64,000 bases of DNA. It comes from Longimicrobiales bacterium. Lineage in GTDB: Bacteria > Gemmatimonadota > Gemmatimonadetes > Longimicrobiales > Gaopeijiaceae. Of the stretch, positions 28,254 to 37,525 are shown one piece after another. The notes beneath the pieces were generated by a model. The model was not told the origin of the DNA. It did no database searches and saw only the letters and a program-made list of their open reading frames with translations. The translations under genes and the position numbers were made by a program. The DNA lies in contig OZ252251.1 of NCBI GenBank assembly GCA_965249725.1, positions 1-64,000 on the forward strand. Reading direction: 5' to 3'. Within the stretch, counting starts at the first letter, position 1. Each line of letters opens with the position of its first letter.

Positions 28254-29381
28254 ATGGACGTGACGCAACTACGGGCGGAGTTCCCGATCCTCGAGCGTAA
28301 GGTCTACCTGAACTCGTGCTCTTTGGGCGCGCTTTCACTTCGCGCCGCCGCCTACCTGGAGAGTTACCAGGAACTCTGGCATGAACTCGGGGCGTCGGCT
28401 TGGTACGGTCCCTGGTGGGAACGGCTGGCGGATCTACGCGGTCGGGTCGGTCAGTTCCTGGGGGCTCCCGATGGACAGCTGGCCCTGCTCCCCTCCACGT
28501 CCGCCGCCCTCTCGGTCATCGCCGAGAGTGTCGACTACAGCCGACGGAATCGTGTGATCTGCACCGAGCTGGACTTCCCCACCCTCGCGTACCAGTGGGT
28601 CGTTAAGCCCGGCGTCGAGCTCGTGGTCCTCCCGAGTCACGACGGCATCAGCGTCGATCCCGAGCAGTTCGCATCGGCCGTCGACGACCGTACTGCCTTC
28701 CTGGCCACCAGCCACGTTCTCTACACGACCGGCTACATCCAGGATCTGGAGGCACTGTCCGAGATCGCACACCGAGCGGGGGCATACTTCCTGGTCGACG
28801 GATACCAGGGACCCGGGCAGATACCGGTCGATGTGAAGGCATGCGGGGCCGACTTCTATACCGCCGGCCCGCTCAAGTGGCTCTGTGGCGGTCCAGGCCT
28901 CGCATACCTCTACGTGCGAGAGGAACTGGTCCAGAAGCTCGAGCCCCGCATCACGAGCTGGTTCGCCGCCAGAGACCAATTCACGTTCGATCTGGAGCAC
29001 TTCGAGCCCCACGACGACGCCCGGCGCTTCGAGCTCGGCACCCCAGCACTTCCGACGGTCCACACCGCATTGGGAGGCCAGGAGATCATCGACGAGATCG
29101 GCATCGAAGCCATCCGGGAGCGGAACCGGGCGCTGACCGAGCATCTCGTAGAACGGGCCCAAGAGGCCGGCTTCCAACTGACCATGGCGGACGATCCGGA
29201 GCGCCGATCCGCAATCATAATGATACGGCACGAGGATCCGCCCGGAGCCGTGACGTATCTTGGAGAGAGGGGAATCATCGTCGACCATCGGCCCGGCCAC
29301 ATCCGCGTGAGTCCCCACTTCTATAACACGATCGACGAGATCGATCAGTGCATCACGACCCTGACCGAATATCCGAGGTGA
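28254..29381 (+). CDS. Aminotransferase class V-fold PLP enzyme (kynureninase-like)
   Basis: YLNSCSLG, VDGYQ, LKWLCGGPG, RRFELGTP, IRVSPHFYN; no desulfurase Cys loop. Confidence 0.85.
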   Translation: MDVTQLRAEFPILERKVYLNSCSLGALSLRAAAYLESYQELWHELGASAWYGPWWERLADLRGRVGQFLGAPDGQLALLPSTSAALSVIAESVDYSRRNRVICTELDFPTLAYQWVVKPGVELVVLPSHDGISVDPEQFASAVDDRTAFLATSHVLYTTGYIQDLEALSEIAHRAGAYFLVDGYQGPGQIPVDVKACGADFYTAGPLKWLCGGPGLAYLYVREELVQKLEPRITSWFAARDQFTFDLEHFEPHDDARRFELGTPALPTVHTALGGQEIIDEIGIEAIRERNRALTEHLVERAQEAGFQLTMADDPERRSAIIMIRHEDPPGAVTYLGERGIIVDHRPGHIRVSPHFYNTIDEIDQCITTLTEYPR

Positions 29382-29734
29382 CCGTCATGTCTTTCCTGAT
29401 CTCGACACTCGCCGCCGGTCGGAGCCTCGCCGACGAGGCTCCGCGACCCTTCCTTCCCGTGCACGTGCTGGTCGCGATGGCGGCCGTATCGCTTGTGCTG
29501 CTGACCCCATACGTCACGCAGGCCCAGGGAGCGGAAGAAGAGATCAAGGCCGTGCTCGTGGACATGTGGGACGCCCTGGAGCAGGGTGATCTCGAGCGGT
29601 ACGCCAGCCACGTCCACGACGACTTCACGTCCTTCGGCGAGACGGACCGGTATCTCAACGAAGGGAAGGAATACCACCTACAGAGCCGGCTTCCGCGGCC
29701 ACCGGTCGCCGTCTCTCTCGCGGTACTTCGCTAG
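29378..29734 (+). pseudogene. Truncated exported NTF2/SnoaL (DUF4440-like) protein
   Basis: Signal peptide, then EEEIKAVLVDMWDALEQGDLERYASHVHDDFTSF; similarity stops at about 29677, where the frame enters the antisense of the convergent gene. Confidence 0.6.
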
Positions 29735-30007
29735 GACGCGTTCGAACGCCACGTCCATGTCGATCCCCTGCTCGTTGGCCATGCACAGGACCACGAAGAG
29801 GACGTCGGCCAGCTCCTCGGCCAACTCTTGCTCGTCCTCCTCGGCCTTCTTGGGTTTGGTGCCGAAGCGGTGGTTCATGAGGCGGGCCAGCTCTCCGACC
29901 TCCTCCATGAGCCGCGCGAGGTTGGCCAAGGGGGGCCAGTAGCCCTCTTCGAACTGCGAGATCCACTCGTCGACCTGTCGTTGGGCGTCCTTGAGAGACT
30001 CGCTCAC
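29678..30007 (-). CDS. MazG-like nucleotide pyrophosphohydrolase (YpjD type)
   Basis: GYWPPLANLARLMEEVGELAR, EELADVLFV. Confidence 0.92.
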   Translation of the reverse strand: MSESLKDAQRQVDEWISQFEEGYWPPLANLARLMEEVGELARLMNHRFGTKPKKAEEDEQELAEELADVLFVVLCMANEQGIDMDVAFERVLAKYRERDGDRWPRKPAL

Positions 30008-31038
30008 GGCACCAACACCAGCTTGCCGAACACCTCGCCCGCCTCCAGCAGTTCGTGAGCCTCACGGGCGTTCTCGAGGGGTATCACCGAGTGTACCACC
30101 GGGTCCAAACTCCCGTCGAAGACCAGACGCATGACGCGACGAAACTCCTCTGGCGGTCCCATCGTGCTCCCCAGGATCGAAAGCTGCTTCCAGAAGATCA
30201 GACGCACGTCGCTGGCGACCTTCGGTCCGGCCGTCGCGCCGTAGGTGACCAGGCGACCGCCCACTCCGAGCGACCGCAGACACCCCTCCCACACCGCATC
30301 ACCGACCGAGTCCAAGACCACGTCCACCCCCCGCTTTCCCGTGTCCCGCCAAACCTCCTTGGCCCACTCGACTTCTAGTCGATCGTAGACCACGTCGGCG
30401 CCGAGAGCCTCCACCCGACCGACGTTGTCCGCACCGCCGGTCACGGCGTACACCGTAGCGCCTGTCAGCTTGGCTATTTGTATGGCGGCGGTGGATACGC
30501 CTCCGGAGGCCCCGGTCACGAGGACCGAGTCTCCGGCCTGTAAACCACCCCTCCCCACCAACGCATGCCAGGCCGTCACGAAGGTCAGTGCGGCCGCTGC
30601 GGCCGTCTCGAACGACACATGGTCCGGCAACTCGAGCAGGTTGGCAGCCGGCACGACAGAGAACTCGGCCAGCCCACCCTGAGTGTGCTCACCCAGCACC
30701 CCGAAAGGGGCATCCTCGGCGGACGATCCAGGCCCCTGGCCGGTATACCAACCGTAGTTGAGGGACGGATCCACAACGACGCGGGTCCCCACTGCCACGT
30801 CATCCACACCGGGACCCAGGGCGTCGACGACACCGGAGACGTCCGATCCCCCGACGTGGGGCATGGGGATCACGAACGGAAGACCCCGGCGGGCCCAGAG
30901 GTCCAGATGGTTCAGAGAGGCCGCTCCCACCGCGATCCGCACCTCGTCCGGCCCTGGCTCAGGAGTATCCACGTCGGCGATGTGAACCACCTCCGGCCCA
31001 CCGTGCTCCGTGAAGATGGCGGCTCTCATGGTGATCAC
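30004..31038 (-). CDS. Zinc-binding dehydrogenase/quinone oxidoreductase (MDR family)
   Basis: HGGPEV, LNHLDLW, VTGASGGV, GKLVL. Confidence 0.9.
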   Translation of the reverse strand: MITMRAAIFTEHGGPEVVHIADVDTPEPGPDEVRIAVGAASLNHLDLWARRGLPFVIPMPHVGGSDVSGVVDALGPGVDDVAVGTRVVVDPSLNYGWYTGQGPGSSAEDAPFGVLGEHTQGGLAEFSVVPAANLLELPDHVSFETAAAAALTFVTAWHALVGRGGLQAGDSVLVTGASGGVSTAAIQIAKLTGATVYAVTGGADNVGRVEALGADVVYDRLEVEWAKEVWRDTGKRGVDVVLDSVGDAVWEGCLRSLGVGGRLVTYGATAGPKVASDVRLIFWKQLSILGSTMGPPEEFRRVMRLVFDGSLDPVVHSVIPLENAREAHELLEAGEVFGKLVLVP

Positions 31039-31053
31039 CGACCGGGCCGTGCC

Positions 31054-32367
31054 CTAGCCGATCTCTCGGAGAACTTCCCGAAGTGTCGCGAGCACCTGGC
31101 CGGCCTGCTCCTCGGAGAACACGAGCGACGGCCTGAGGCGAATCGAGCGGGGACCGCAAGAGAGAACAGCGAGCCCCCGGTCCCAGCACCCCTGCCACAC
31201 CTGACCCCGAAGGCCGCCATCAGGCAGGTCCATGGCCACGAAGAGCCCCATGCCCCGCACGTTGCTGACCTTGTCGAAGTCGGCAGCCAGGCCCGCGAGT
31301 CCCTCCTTGAGCACGGCACCCACCCGAGCGGCGTTCTCCACCAGGCCGTCTTCGTGGATGATCTCCAAGTACCGAGCGCAACGCACCATGTCGACCAGAT
31401 TGCCACCCCATGTGGAATTGATCCGGCTCGACACATGGAAGACGTTGGTCTCCACTGAGTCGATGCGGCGTGTGCTCATGACGCCGCAGACCTGCGTCTT
31501 CTTCCCGAAAGAGATGAGGTCCGGGGTCACTCCTGTCTGCTCAAACGCCCACATCGTGCCGGTGGGGCCCAATCCGGTCTGCACCTCGTCGAAGATCAGG
31601 AGCGCCTCGTACCGATCGGCATACTCCCGGAGCTTAGCGCAGAACTCCCTGCGGAAATGGTGGTCCCCGCCCTCGGCCTGGATCGGCTCGATCAGAATGG
31701 CGGCGATACCGTCGGGATCGGCTTCGAAGGCCGCCTCGATCTCGGCGCAGGTCGCTGCTTCCTTGGCCGCCACGGCCGCCTCATCCATCGGGTAGTCGAT
31801 GTACGGGCTCGAGATGCGCGGCCAGTCGAACTGGGGGAAGTCCCTGGTCTTGGTGGGGTCGGTGTTGGTCACCGAAAGCGTATAGCCGCTGCGTCCGTGG
31901 AACGCGTCCTCGAAGTGGAGGATCTTGTCGGCTCCTCCCGAGACGCCGCGGGATCGGTTCTTCTGGGCCTTCCAATCGAATGCGGCCTTCATCGCGTTCT
32001 CGACCGCGAGGGACCCGCCCGCCACGAAGAACAGGTACCGGAAGTCGTCCGGCACGGCCAACTCACGGAAGGTCTTTACGAAGGCGGCGAACTCTTGGGA
32101 ATAGATGTCGCTGTTGGCCGGGTTGGCGAGCGCGGCCGTCATGAGCGACTTCCGGAACCCCTCGTCCTCCATCTTGGCATGATTGTGGCCCACCGGTAGG
32201 GTCGCGAAGTACCCATAGCAGTCCAGGAACTCCTTGCCCTCTAGGGCGTCGACAATGACCGCTCCGTGGGACTTCTCGAGGTCGATGACGACATGGAAGC
32301 CGTCAACGAGGATGTTCTCTTTCAGGACCGGGAATACCTGGTCCGCGGGGACTCTGACTTCAGGCAT
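31054..32367 (-). CDS. lat: L-lysine 6-transaminase
   Basis: LVDGF..V.DL, LAVENAMKAAFDWK, AFHGRSGYTLS, DEVQTG, FGKKTQVCG, SRINSTWGGNLVDM. Confidence 0.92.
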   Translation of the reverse strand: MPEVRVPADQVFPVLKENILVDGFHVVIDLEKSHGAVIVDALEGKEFLDCYGYFATLPVGHNHAKMEDEGFRKSLMTAALANPANSDIYSQEFAAFVKTFRELAVPDDFRYLFFVAGGSLAVENAMKAAFDWKAQKNRSRGVSGGADKILHFEDAFHGRSGYTLSVTNTDPTKTRDFPQFDWPRISSPYIDYPMDEAAVAAKEAATCAEIEAAFEADPDGIAAILIEPIQAEGGDHHFRREFCAKLREYADRYEALLIFDEVQTGLGPTGTMWAFEQTGVTPDLISFGKKTQVCGVMSTRRIDSVETNVFHVSSRINSTWGGNLVDMVRCARYLEIIHEDGLVENAARVGAVLKEGLAGLAADFDKVSNVRGMGLFVAMDLPDGGLRGQVWQGCWDRGLAVLSCGPRSIRLRPSLVFSEEQAGQVLATLREVLREIG

Positions 32368-32687
32368 GATGCACTCCACAGGAGTCGGGTTCGAAGGGCG
32401 AACGATGTGAGAACCCGTGTCGCCGGGCGGCAACCTTCTACGACTCCTGCTACGACTCTCGGTTGACGCAGGCTCCCGGGTTAGTCCCCCTGGAGATTCG
32501 GAGGTGCGAAGATGCCGGGGCGTTGGTCAAGAGGTCGTCGCGTCATGGTAACTCAATCTAGCGTCGAGCCGTGGAAGTTCGCGAGGCGCGCCCCGAGGTG
32601 GAGGCGACCTCGGAGTGGGCACGTCCGACGCCCTGTCGTACCTTTTTACGATCTCGCAGGTCGAACCTCATCGAAGAGCCGGGGAGC

Positions 32688-33062
32688 ATGGAGGAATCAC
32701 CGAACGGACCACAGACAGGAGCAGACGGTGAGGCGTCAGAGGCGGACGCCGCCGACGGCACCCTGGGCGGCTATCTGCAGGTCCATGACCGCCCTCCTGC
32801 ATTCGAGGGCTCGGACGGACAACCCTACACGGTTTCCATCGAGGTCGAATCCGTCTCCAATCTTCTCGCGCCCTACATCGTCTACCTCGTCTTTCCCCGA
32901 TGGGCCGAAACGGGCCTGGGCATCGTGGGACACGTGGAAACGCCCGTGCTATGGGAGGGCAAGGGACGCGACGAGGTGCTGAGCCGGGCGGAGGAACTCC
33001 CCCTCGTAGAGGTGAAGCGACTGCTCGACGAGGCCATTTCCCACACGAACGGACAGGGCTGA
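32688..33062 (+). CDS. Hypothetical protein
   Basis: GGGGAG RBS; TLGGYLQVHDRPPAFEGSDGQPYTV; coding-like composition. Confidence 0.7.
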   Translation: MEESPNGPQTGADGEASEADAADGTLGGYLQVHDRPPAFEGSDGQPYTVSIEVESVSNLLAPYIVYLVFPRWAETGLGIVGHVETPVLWEGKGRDEVLSRAEELPLVEVKRLLDEAISHTNGQG

Positions 33063-33070
33063 GCCAACGA

Positions 33071-33280
33071 ATGCTGCGGAACGGACTGATACAGGCGTCC
33101 CTGGTCACGTCAGGATACAACGTGCGCGTCTACATCCCCAGCGGCGAAGCCTGGTACCCCTACCTGATGCGGCGCCTGGCGGAGCGGCCGGCGAACATGC
33201 TCTTCATGGCCGGCAGCGTGGTTCTGGAATCGCCCATGGGCTTCCTATGGCCCAAGAGATCCGCGAAGGGCGAGGCATGA
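33071..33280 (+). pseudogene. Proline dehydrogenase with a large in-frame internal deletion
   Basis: MLRNGLI joined to GYNVRVYIPSGEAWYPYLMRRLAERPAN (PRODH C-terminal signature); only 69 codons. Confidence 0.82.
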
Positions 33281-33954
33281 CCGAGGCCGGCGCGCCCTTC
33301 CTCCGGGTGACGGAGATCTTCCACTCCATCCAAGGCGAGTCCACCTGGACCGGGCTGCCTTGCACTTTCGTGCGTCTGACCGGATGCCCCCTGCGGTGCG
33401 TATGGTGCGACACGGAGTACGCCTTCCACGGGGGTGAGCCGCTTACGCTCGATGCCATCGTGGCGAAAGTGCGCTCGATCGGCACGAACCTGGTCGAGCT
33501 CACCGGTGGCGAACCGCTCGTGCATCCCAACGCGTTCCGTCTCGCCGAGATGCTCCTGAACGACGGATTCACCGTTCTCGTCGAAACGTCCGGATCGATC
33601 GATGTGGCCCCTCTGGACCCTCGGGCCCACAAGATCATGGACCTCAAGTGCCCCGGGTCGGGCGAAGTCGCCAAGAACCTCTGGGAGAATCTGGACCAAC
33701 TGACCCCGCGCGACGAGGTGAAGTTCGTCGTAGCCGACCGCACCGACTACGAGTGGACCCGAAATGTCATCCGCGAGCGAGAGCTGGACCGCCGGTTGAA
33801 CGAGGGCCAGTTGGGTGCGCTCCTGGTTTCACCCGTGTGGGACGGGCTCGACCCGGCGGATTTGGCCCGCTGGATTCTCGAAGATCATCTTCCCGTCCGC
33901 CTCCAGACCCAGCTCCACAAGCACATTTGGGACCCCGCCACCCGAGGCGTTTGA
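33277..33954 (+). CDS. queE: 7-carboxy-7-deazaguanine synthase (radical SAM)
   Basis: EIFHSIQGE, FVRLTGCPLRCVWCDT, TGGEP, QLHKHIW. Confidence 0.93.
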   Translation: MTEAGAPFLRVTEIFHSIQGESTWTGLPCTFVRLTGCPLRCVWCDTEYAFHGGEPLTLDAIVAKVRSIGTNLVELTGGEPLVHPNAFRLAEMLLNDGFTVLVETSGSIDVAPLDPRAHKIMDLKCPGSGEVAKNLWENLDQLTPRDEVKFVVADRTDYEWTRNVIRERELDRRLNEGQLGALLVSPVWDGLDPADLARWILEDHLPVRLQTQLHKHIWDPATRGV

Positions 33955-34566
33955 GTGGCTATCCATCAGGCACCTCCCGACGCCCGCCTCCAGCGGCTGA
34001 TGAGCCTTCTTTCAGGAGAAGAATGGGCCGCACACGATCCCCGGCCCCCCGAGGGGCACGCCGAGGCCGCCGTCTCGCTGATTCTCCGAACCGCCACCGA
34101 GCTGGAACTGCTCCTGATCAAGCGTGCGGAGTCGGAGCGGGACCCGTGGTCGGGGCACATGGCGCTCCCCGGAGGGCGAAGGGAGTCGATCGATCCCGAC
34201 TTGGCCGGCACGGCCATTCGGGAGACCGCCGAGGAGACGGGCGTACAACTGCGCTCCTTCGGGTGGCCCCTGGGTCGGTTGGACCAAGTGTCGCCGACCA
34301 GCAAGCGTCTTCCACGCCTCACGATCGTACCTTACGTCTTCGGCGTCCCCGACCAGGTTTCGGCCTCCGTGAATTCCCCCGAGATCGAGTCGGTGATGTG
34401 GGTGGAGTTGTCCACGCTCCGTGATCCCGCCACCCTCGGCACGACCACGATCGACCTACCCGGAGGGTCGAAGGCGTTCCCGTGTTTTCAGGTCGGCGGG
34501 CACGCCGTGTGGGGATTGACGTTCCACATCCTCACCGGCTTCCTGGAGGTCTTCGAAAGGCCCTAG
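33955..34566 (+). CDS. Nudix CoA pyrophosphatase
   Basis: LIKRA...WSGHMALPGG, TAIRETAEETG, VWGLT. Confidence 0.9.
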   Translation: MAIHQAPPDARLQRLMSLLSGEEWAAHDPRPPEGHAEAAVSLILRTATELELLLIKRAESERDPWSGHMALPGGRRESIDPDLAGTAIRETAEETGVQLRSFGWPLGRLDQVSPTSKRLPRLTIVPYVFGVPDQVSASVNSPEIESVMWVELSTLRDPATLGTTTIDLPGGSKAFPCFQVGGHAVWGLTFHILTGFLEVFERP

Positions 34567-35642
34567 TCCACCCACTCCGCGATGAAGACGTTGGTCTCGC
34601 CCTCCTGGGCTTGGTTCCGATTGGACCCCCACACCAGATAGCGACCATCCGGGCTGAAGACGGGAAATCCGTCGAAGCCGGCCGCATAGGTGATTCGCTC
34701 CAGACCCGAACCGTCCTCGTCGACCATATAGAGGTCGAAGTCACGACCGGTGGGATCATCCATGTTCGAAGCGAAGATGATCTTGTCACCCGTCGGGTGC
34801 CAAAACGGGCCGAAGTTCGCCCCTCCGTTGTGCGTGATCTCCGTCTGCTCCGAGCCATCGGCGTTCATCACGAAGATCTCCAGCGTGCTCGGCCGAATGA
34901 GACCGTCGGCAAGCAGAGACGTGTAGTCCTCCACCTCTTCCGGGTCCGTTGGACGGTGGGCCCGGTAGACGATCTTCGACCCGTCCGGCGAATAGAAAGG
35001 TCCGCCGTCATAGCCCATGGTGTCGGTGAGCCGCTGGACGTCCGAGCCGTCCGGCGCCATGGAGTAGATATCCAGATCGCCGTCACGCATCGACGTAAAC
35101 ACCACGCGATCCCCGACGGGCGAGAAGGTGGCCTCTGCGTCGTACCCGAACGAATCCGTCAGCTGCGTGAGATTCGACCCGTCCGAGTCAGCCATGAAGA
35201 TGTCGAAGCTGGGGTACACCGCCCAGACATATCCACGAGAAAAGTCCGGAACGGCCGGGCAGGCCGTTGAGAAATGATGGGTCGAGGAATAGAGGATCTT
35301 GTCGCCGGCAGGATAGTAGTACGAGCACGTCGTCCGACCCTGGCCGGTGCTCAGCATCTGCACGTCGCTTCCGTCGAGCGACATTGTGTAGATTTGATCG
35401 CACCCGCCGCTCCGCGGCGTCGACTGGAAGATCAGCCGGGTGCCGTCGAACGAGAAGTAGGCCTCGGCGTTCTCGCCCTCGAAGGTGAGTTGGCGAACGT
35501 TCCGCAGGTGCACTTCCTGCGCTTCCCGGAGCGGGTCGAGCCCGGAGTCGCGGTCCGCAGAGGGCGGAGCCGCATCGGCGGCGGTAAATATGAGGGACGC
35601 CATCATGCCGGCGGCGGTAACCGGCTTTATGAGGGAAAACAT
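34563..35642 (-). CDS. TolB-like PD40 beta-propeller periplasmic protein
   Basis: QLTFEGENAEAYFSFDG, GYDAEATFSP, GYDGGPFYSPDG, FDGFPVFSPDG. Confidence 0.9.
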   Translation of the reverse strand: MFSLIKPVTAAGMMASLIFTAADAAPPSADRDSGLDPLREAQEVHLRNVRQLTFEGENAEAYFSFDGTRLIFQSTPRSGGCDQIYTMSLDGSDVQMLSTGQGRTTCSYYYPAGDKILYSSTHHFSTACPAVPDFSRGYVWAVYPSFDIFMADSDGSNLTQLTDSFGYDAEATFSPVGDRVVFTSMRDGDLDIYSMAPDGSDVQRLTDTMGYDGGPFYSPDGSKIVYRAHRPTDPEEVEDYTSLLADGLIRPSTLEIFVMNADGSEQTEITHNGGANFGPFWHPTGDKIIFASNMDDPTGRDFDLYMVDEDGSGLERITYAAGFDGFPVFSPDGRYLVWGSNRNQAQEGETNVFIAEWVD

Positions 35643-35667
35643 TCACTGTCCTCCAAGAGGATGATCA

Positions 35668-37437
35668 ATGTCTAAGTCGTTGATGGTCACCGCAGCGCTG
35701 GCAGGCTGTCTCAGCCTGGCGAACCCTGTCGGACTAGCAGCCCAAGAATGTCCAGAAGTCCAGCGCCCCTCCCGTGAGTCCGTCGGACCGATGGCACACA
35801 TAAGGTACCTGGCGGACGACGCGCTAGAGGGACGCGAGGTCGGCTCCCGCGGAGCCCGCTGCGCCGGAGAGTACATCGCCAGCCACTTCGAGGCCTACGG
35901 ACTCGAGGGGGCCGGAACGGACGGCAGTTACTTCCAGAGCTTCGAGATTCGTGCGGGCTCAGCCCTGGCAGACGGCAATGAACTCCGTCTCGACGAGGCA
36001 AGCTACCCCGTCGGATCGGACTGGATCCCGTTCGGATACGCCGCATCCGATGCCATCACCTCTGATCTGATCTACGGCGGAGACGGCATCAATCGACCGG
36101 ACCGGCCCAACAACATCTATCCGACCCTCGCACTGGAGCACCGCATCGTCGTCGTAGAGGACGGCGACCTGGCGGGAGGTTCCAGCCGAGCGCTGCAAGC
36201 CGATCCTCATTTCAAGGCGTCGGTGGCCGCCGGCCGGGGAGCGTTCGGGTTCATCGTGCTCCTAGGAGACGACCGTGAACTACCTGTTCTGTTCGCCGAA
36301 ACCAGAGCCGCGCTTCGTATTCCCGTAGCCGCGGTACGAGGTGAGGCTGCAGACCGGATTCGGCAGGCCGCCCGCGCCGGTGCGACCGCGACGCTCCGGA
36401 CATCCGTGGCCCCCCGCACGGCAGAGGCCCGCAACGTGGTCGCACTTCTCCCGGGGTCCGACCCGACCTTGGCCGACGAACTCGTGATTGTTGGTGCGCA
36501 CTACGATCACCTGGGATTCGGAGGCGACGGCTCACTGGATCCCGACGCGATGGGCGTGGTTCACAACGGAGCCGATGACAACGCGAGCGGGTCCGCGGCG
36601 CTCATCGAGGTTGCACAGCGACTGTCGCAGGGCTCCCGACGCCCTGCCCGCTCGGTGTTGTTCCTCGGCTTCACCGGCGAGGAGAAGGGCCTGTGGGGCT
36701 CGGCATACTACGTGAGGAATCCGCTCATCCCCAACGAACGTTCGACGGCCATGCTGAACATGGACATGGTAGGCCGCCTGGAGGGCCGCACGCTCACGGT
36801 GATGGGAGTGGGCACCGCCGAGGAGTGGACGGACGTTCTCACCAAAGCGAATCAAGCGCGGGACCAGCCCCTGAGCATCGCCACCGCTCCAGACGGCTTC
36901 GGCCCCTCGGACCACTCCTCCTTCTACGGTGAGGGAATCCCCGTCCTGCACTTCTTCTCCAACACCCACGAGGACTATCACCGGCCTTCCGACGACTTCG
37001 AGAAGATCGACGCCGAGGGCCTCGAGGACATCCTCGAACTAGTGACCGAGGTGGCCCTGGCTGTGGCGGGTGAGGAGGGGTCGGACGAGAGGATCGCGAT
37101 TACCCCCACCGAGGCGGTCGAGACTCCGGCCCACGGTGAGGTGTCGTCGAGCTCGAGTTCGAGTGGTGGATACGGGCCCTACCTGGGATCGATCCCCGAT
37201 ATGGTGCCCACGGACTTCGGGCTGCGCCTGTCCGGCGTCCGCGAAGGCAGTCCGGCCCAAGAGGGCGGGCTCCGGAAGGGTGACGTGGTCATCGAGTTCG
37301 GCGGGAAGGAAGTCGGTGACATCTACGCCTACACCTACGCGCTCCGGGAGCACGCTCCGGGTGACGAGGTGGACATAATAGTGCTGCGGGACGGCGCCAG
37401 GGTAACGCTGACGGTCACTCTGGGAGACCGGCGCTAG
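35668..37437 (+). CDS. M28 family peptidase with PA and C-terminal PDZ domains
   Basis: GAHYDH, NGADDNASG, GEEKGL, NMDMVG, SDH, YHRPSD; YLGSIPD PDZ. Confidence 0.93.
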   Translation: MSKSLMVTAALAGCLSLANPVGLAAQECPEVQRPSRESVGPMAHIRYLADDALEGREVGSRGARCAGEYIASHFEAYGLEGAGTDGSYFQSFEIRAGSALADGNELRLDEASYPVGSDWIPFGYAASDAITSDLIYGGDGINRPDRPNNIYPTLALEHRIVVVEDGDLAGGSSRALQADPHFKASVAAGRGAFGFIVLLGDDRELPVLFAETRAALRIPVAAVRGEAADRIRQAARAGATATLRTSVAPRTAEARNVVALLPGSDPTLADELVIVGAHYDHLGFGGDGSLDPDAMGVVHNGADDNASGSAALIEVAQRLSQGSRRPARSVLFLGFTGEEKGLWGSAYYVRNPLIPNERSTAMLNMDMVGRLEGRTLTVMGVGTAEEWTDVLTKANQARDQPLSIATAPDGFGPSDHSSFYGEGIPVLHFFSNTHEDYHRPSDDFEKIDAEGLEDILELVTEVALAVAGEEGSDERIAITPTEAVETPAHGEVSSSSSSSGGYGPYLGSIPDMVPTDFGLRLSGVREGSPAQEGGLRKGDVVIEFGGKEVGDIYAYTYALREHAPGDEVDIIVLRDGARVTLTVTLGDRR

Positions 37438-37467
37438 AAGGACGGGCCGGGCCAACGCCGACGGACA

Positions 37468-37517
37468 TCCCAGGTCGGCGGTGGTCCCAGGTCGGCGGTG
37501 GTCCAGGATCGGCGTGG
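37468..37517. repeat. 17-bp tandem repeat, two exact copies plus one degenerate
   Basis: tcccaggtcggcggtgg twice, then tccaggatcggcgtgg. Confidence 0.85.
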
Positions 37518-37525
37518 CGGGCTCG

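Noticed and set aside
32368..32687. Lysine riboswitch upstream of lat
   Set aside because: I could not recognise L-box elements; an Infernal search would be needed to exclude it fully.
25951..33954. queE/queG as a 7-deazaguanine DNA-modification (dpd) island
   Set aside because: No dpdA or related genes; consistent with ordinary tRNA queuosine synthesis.
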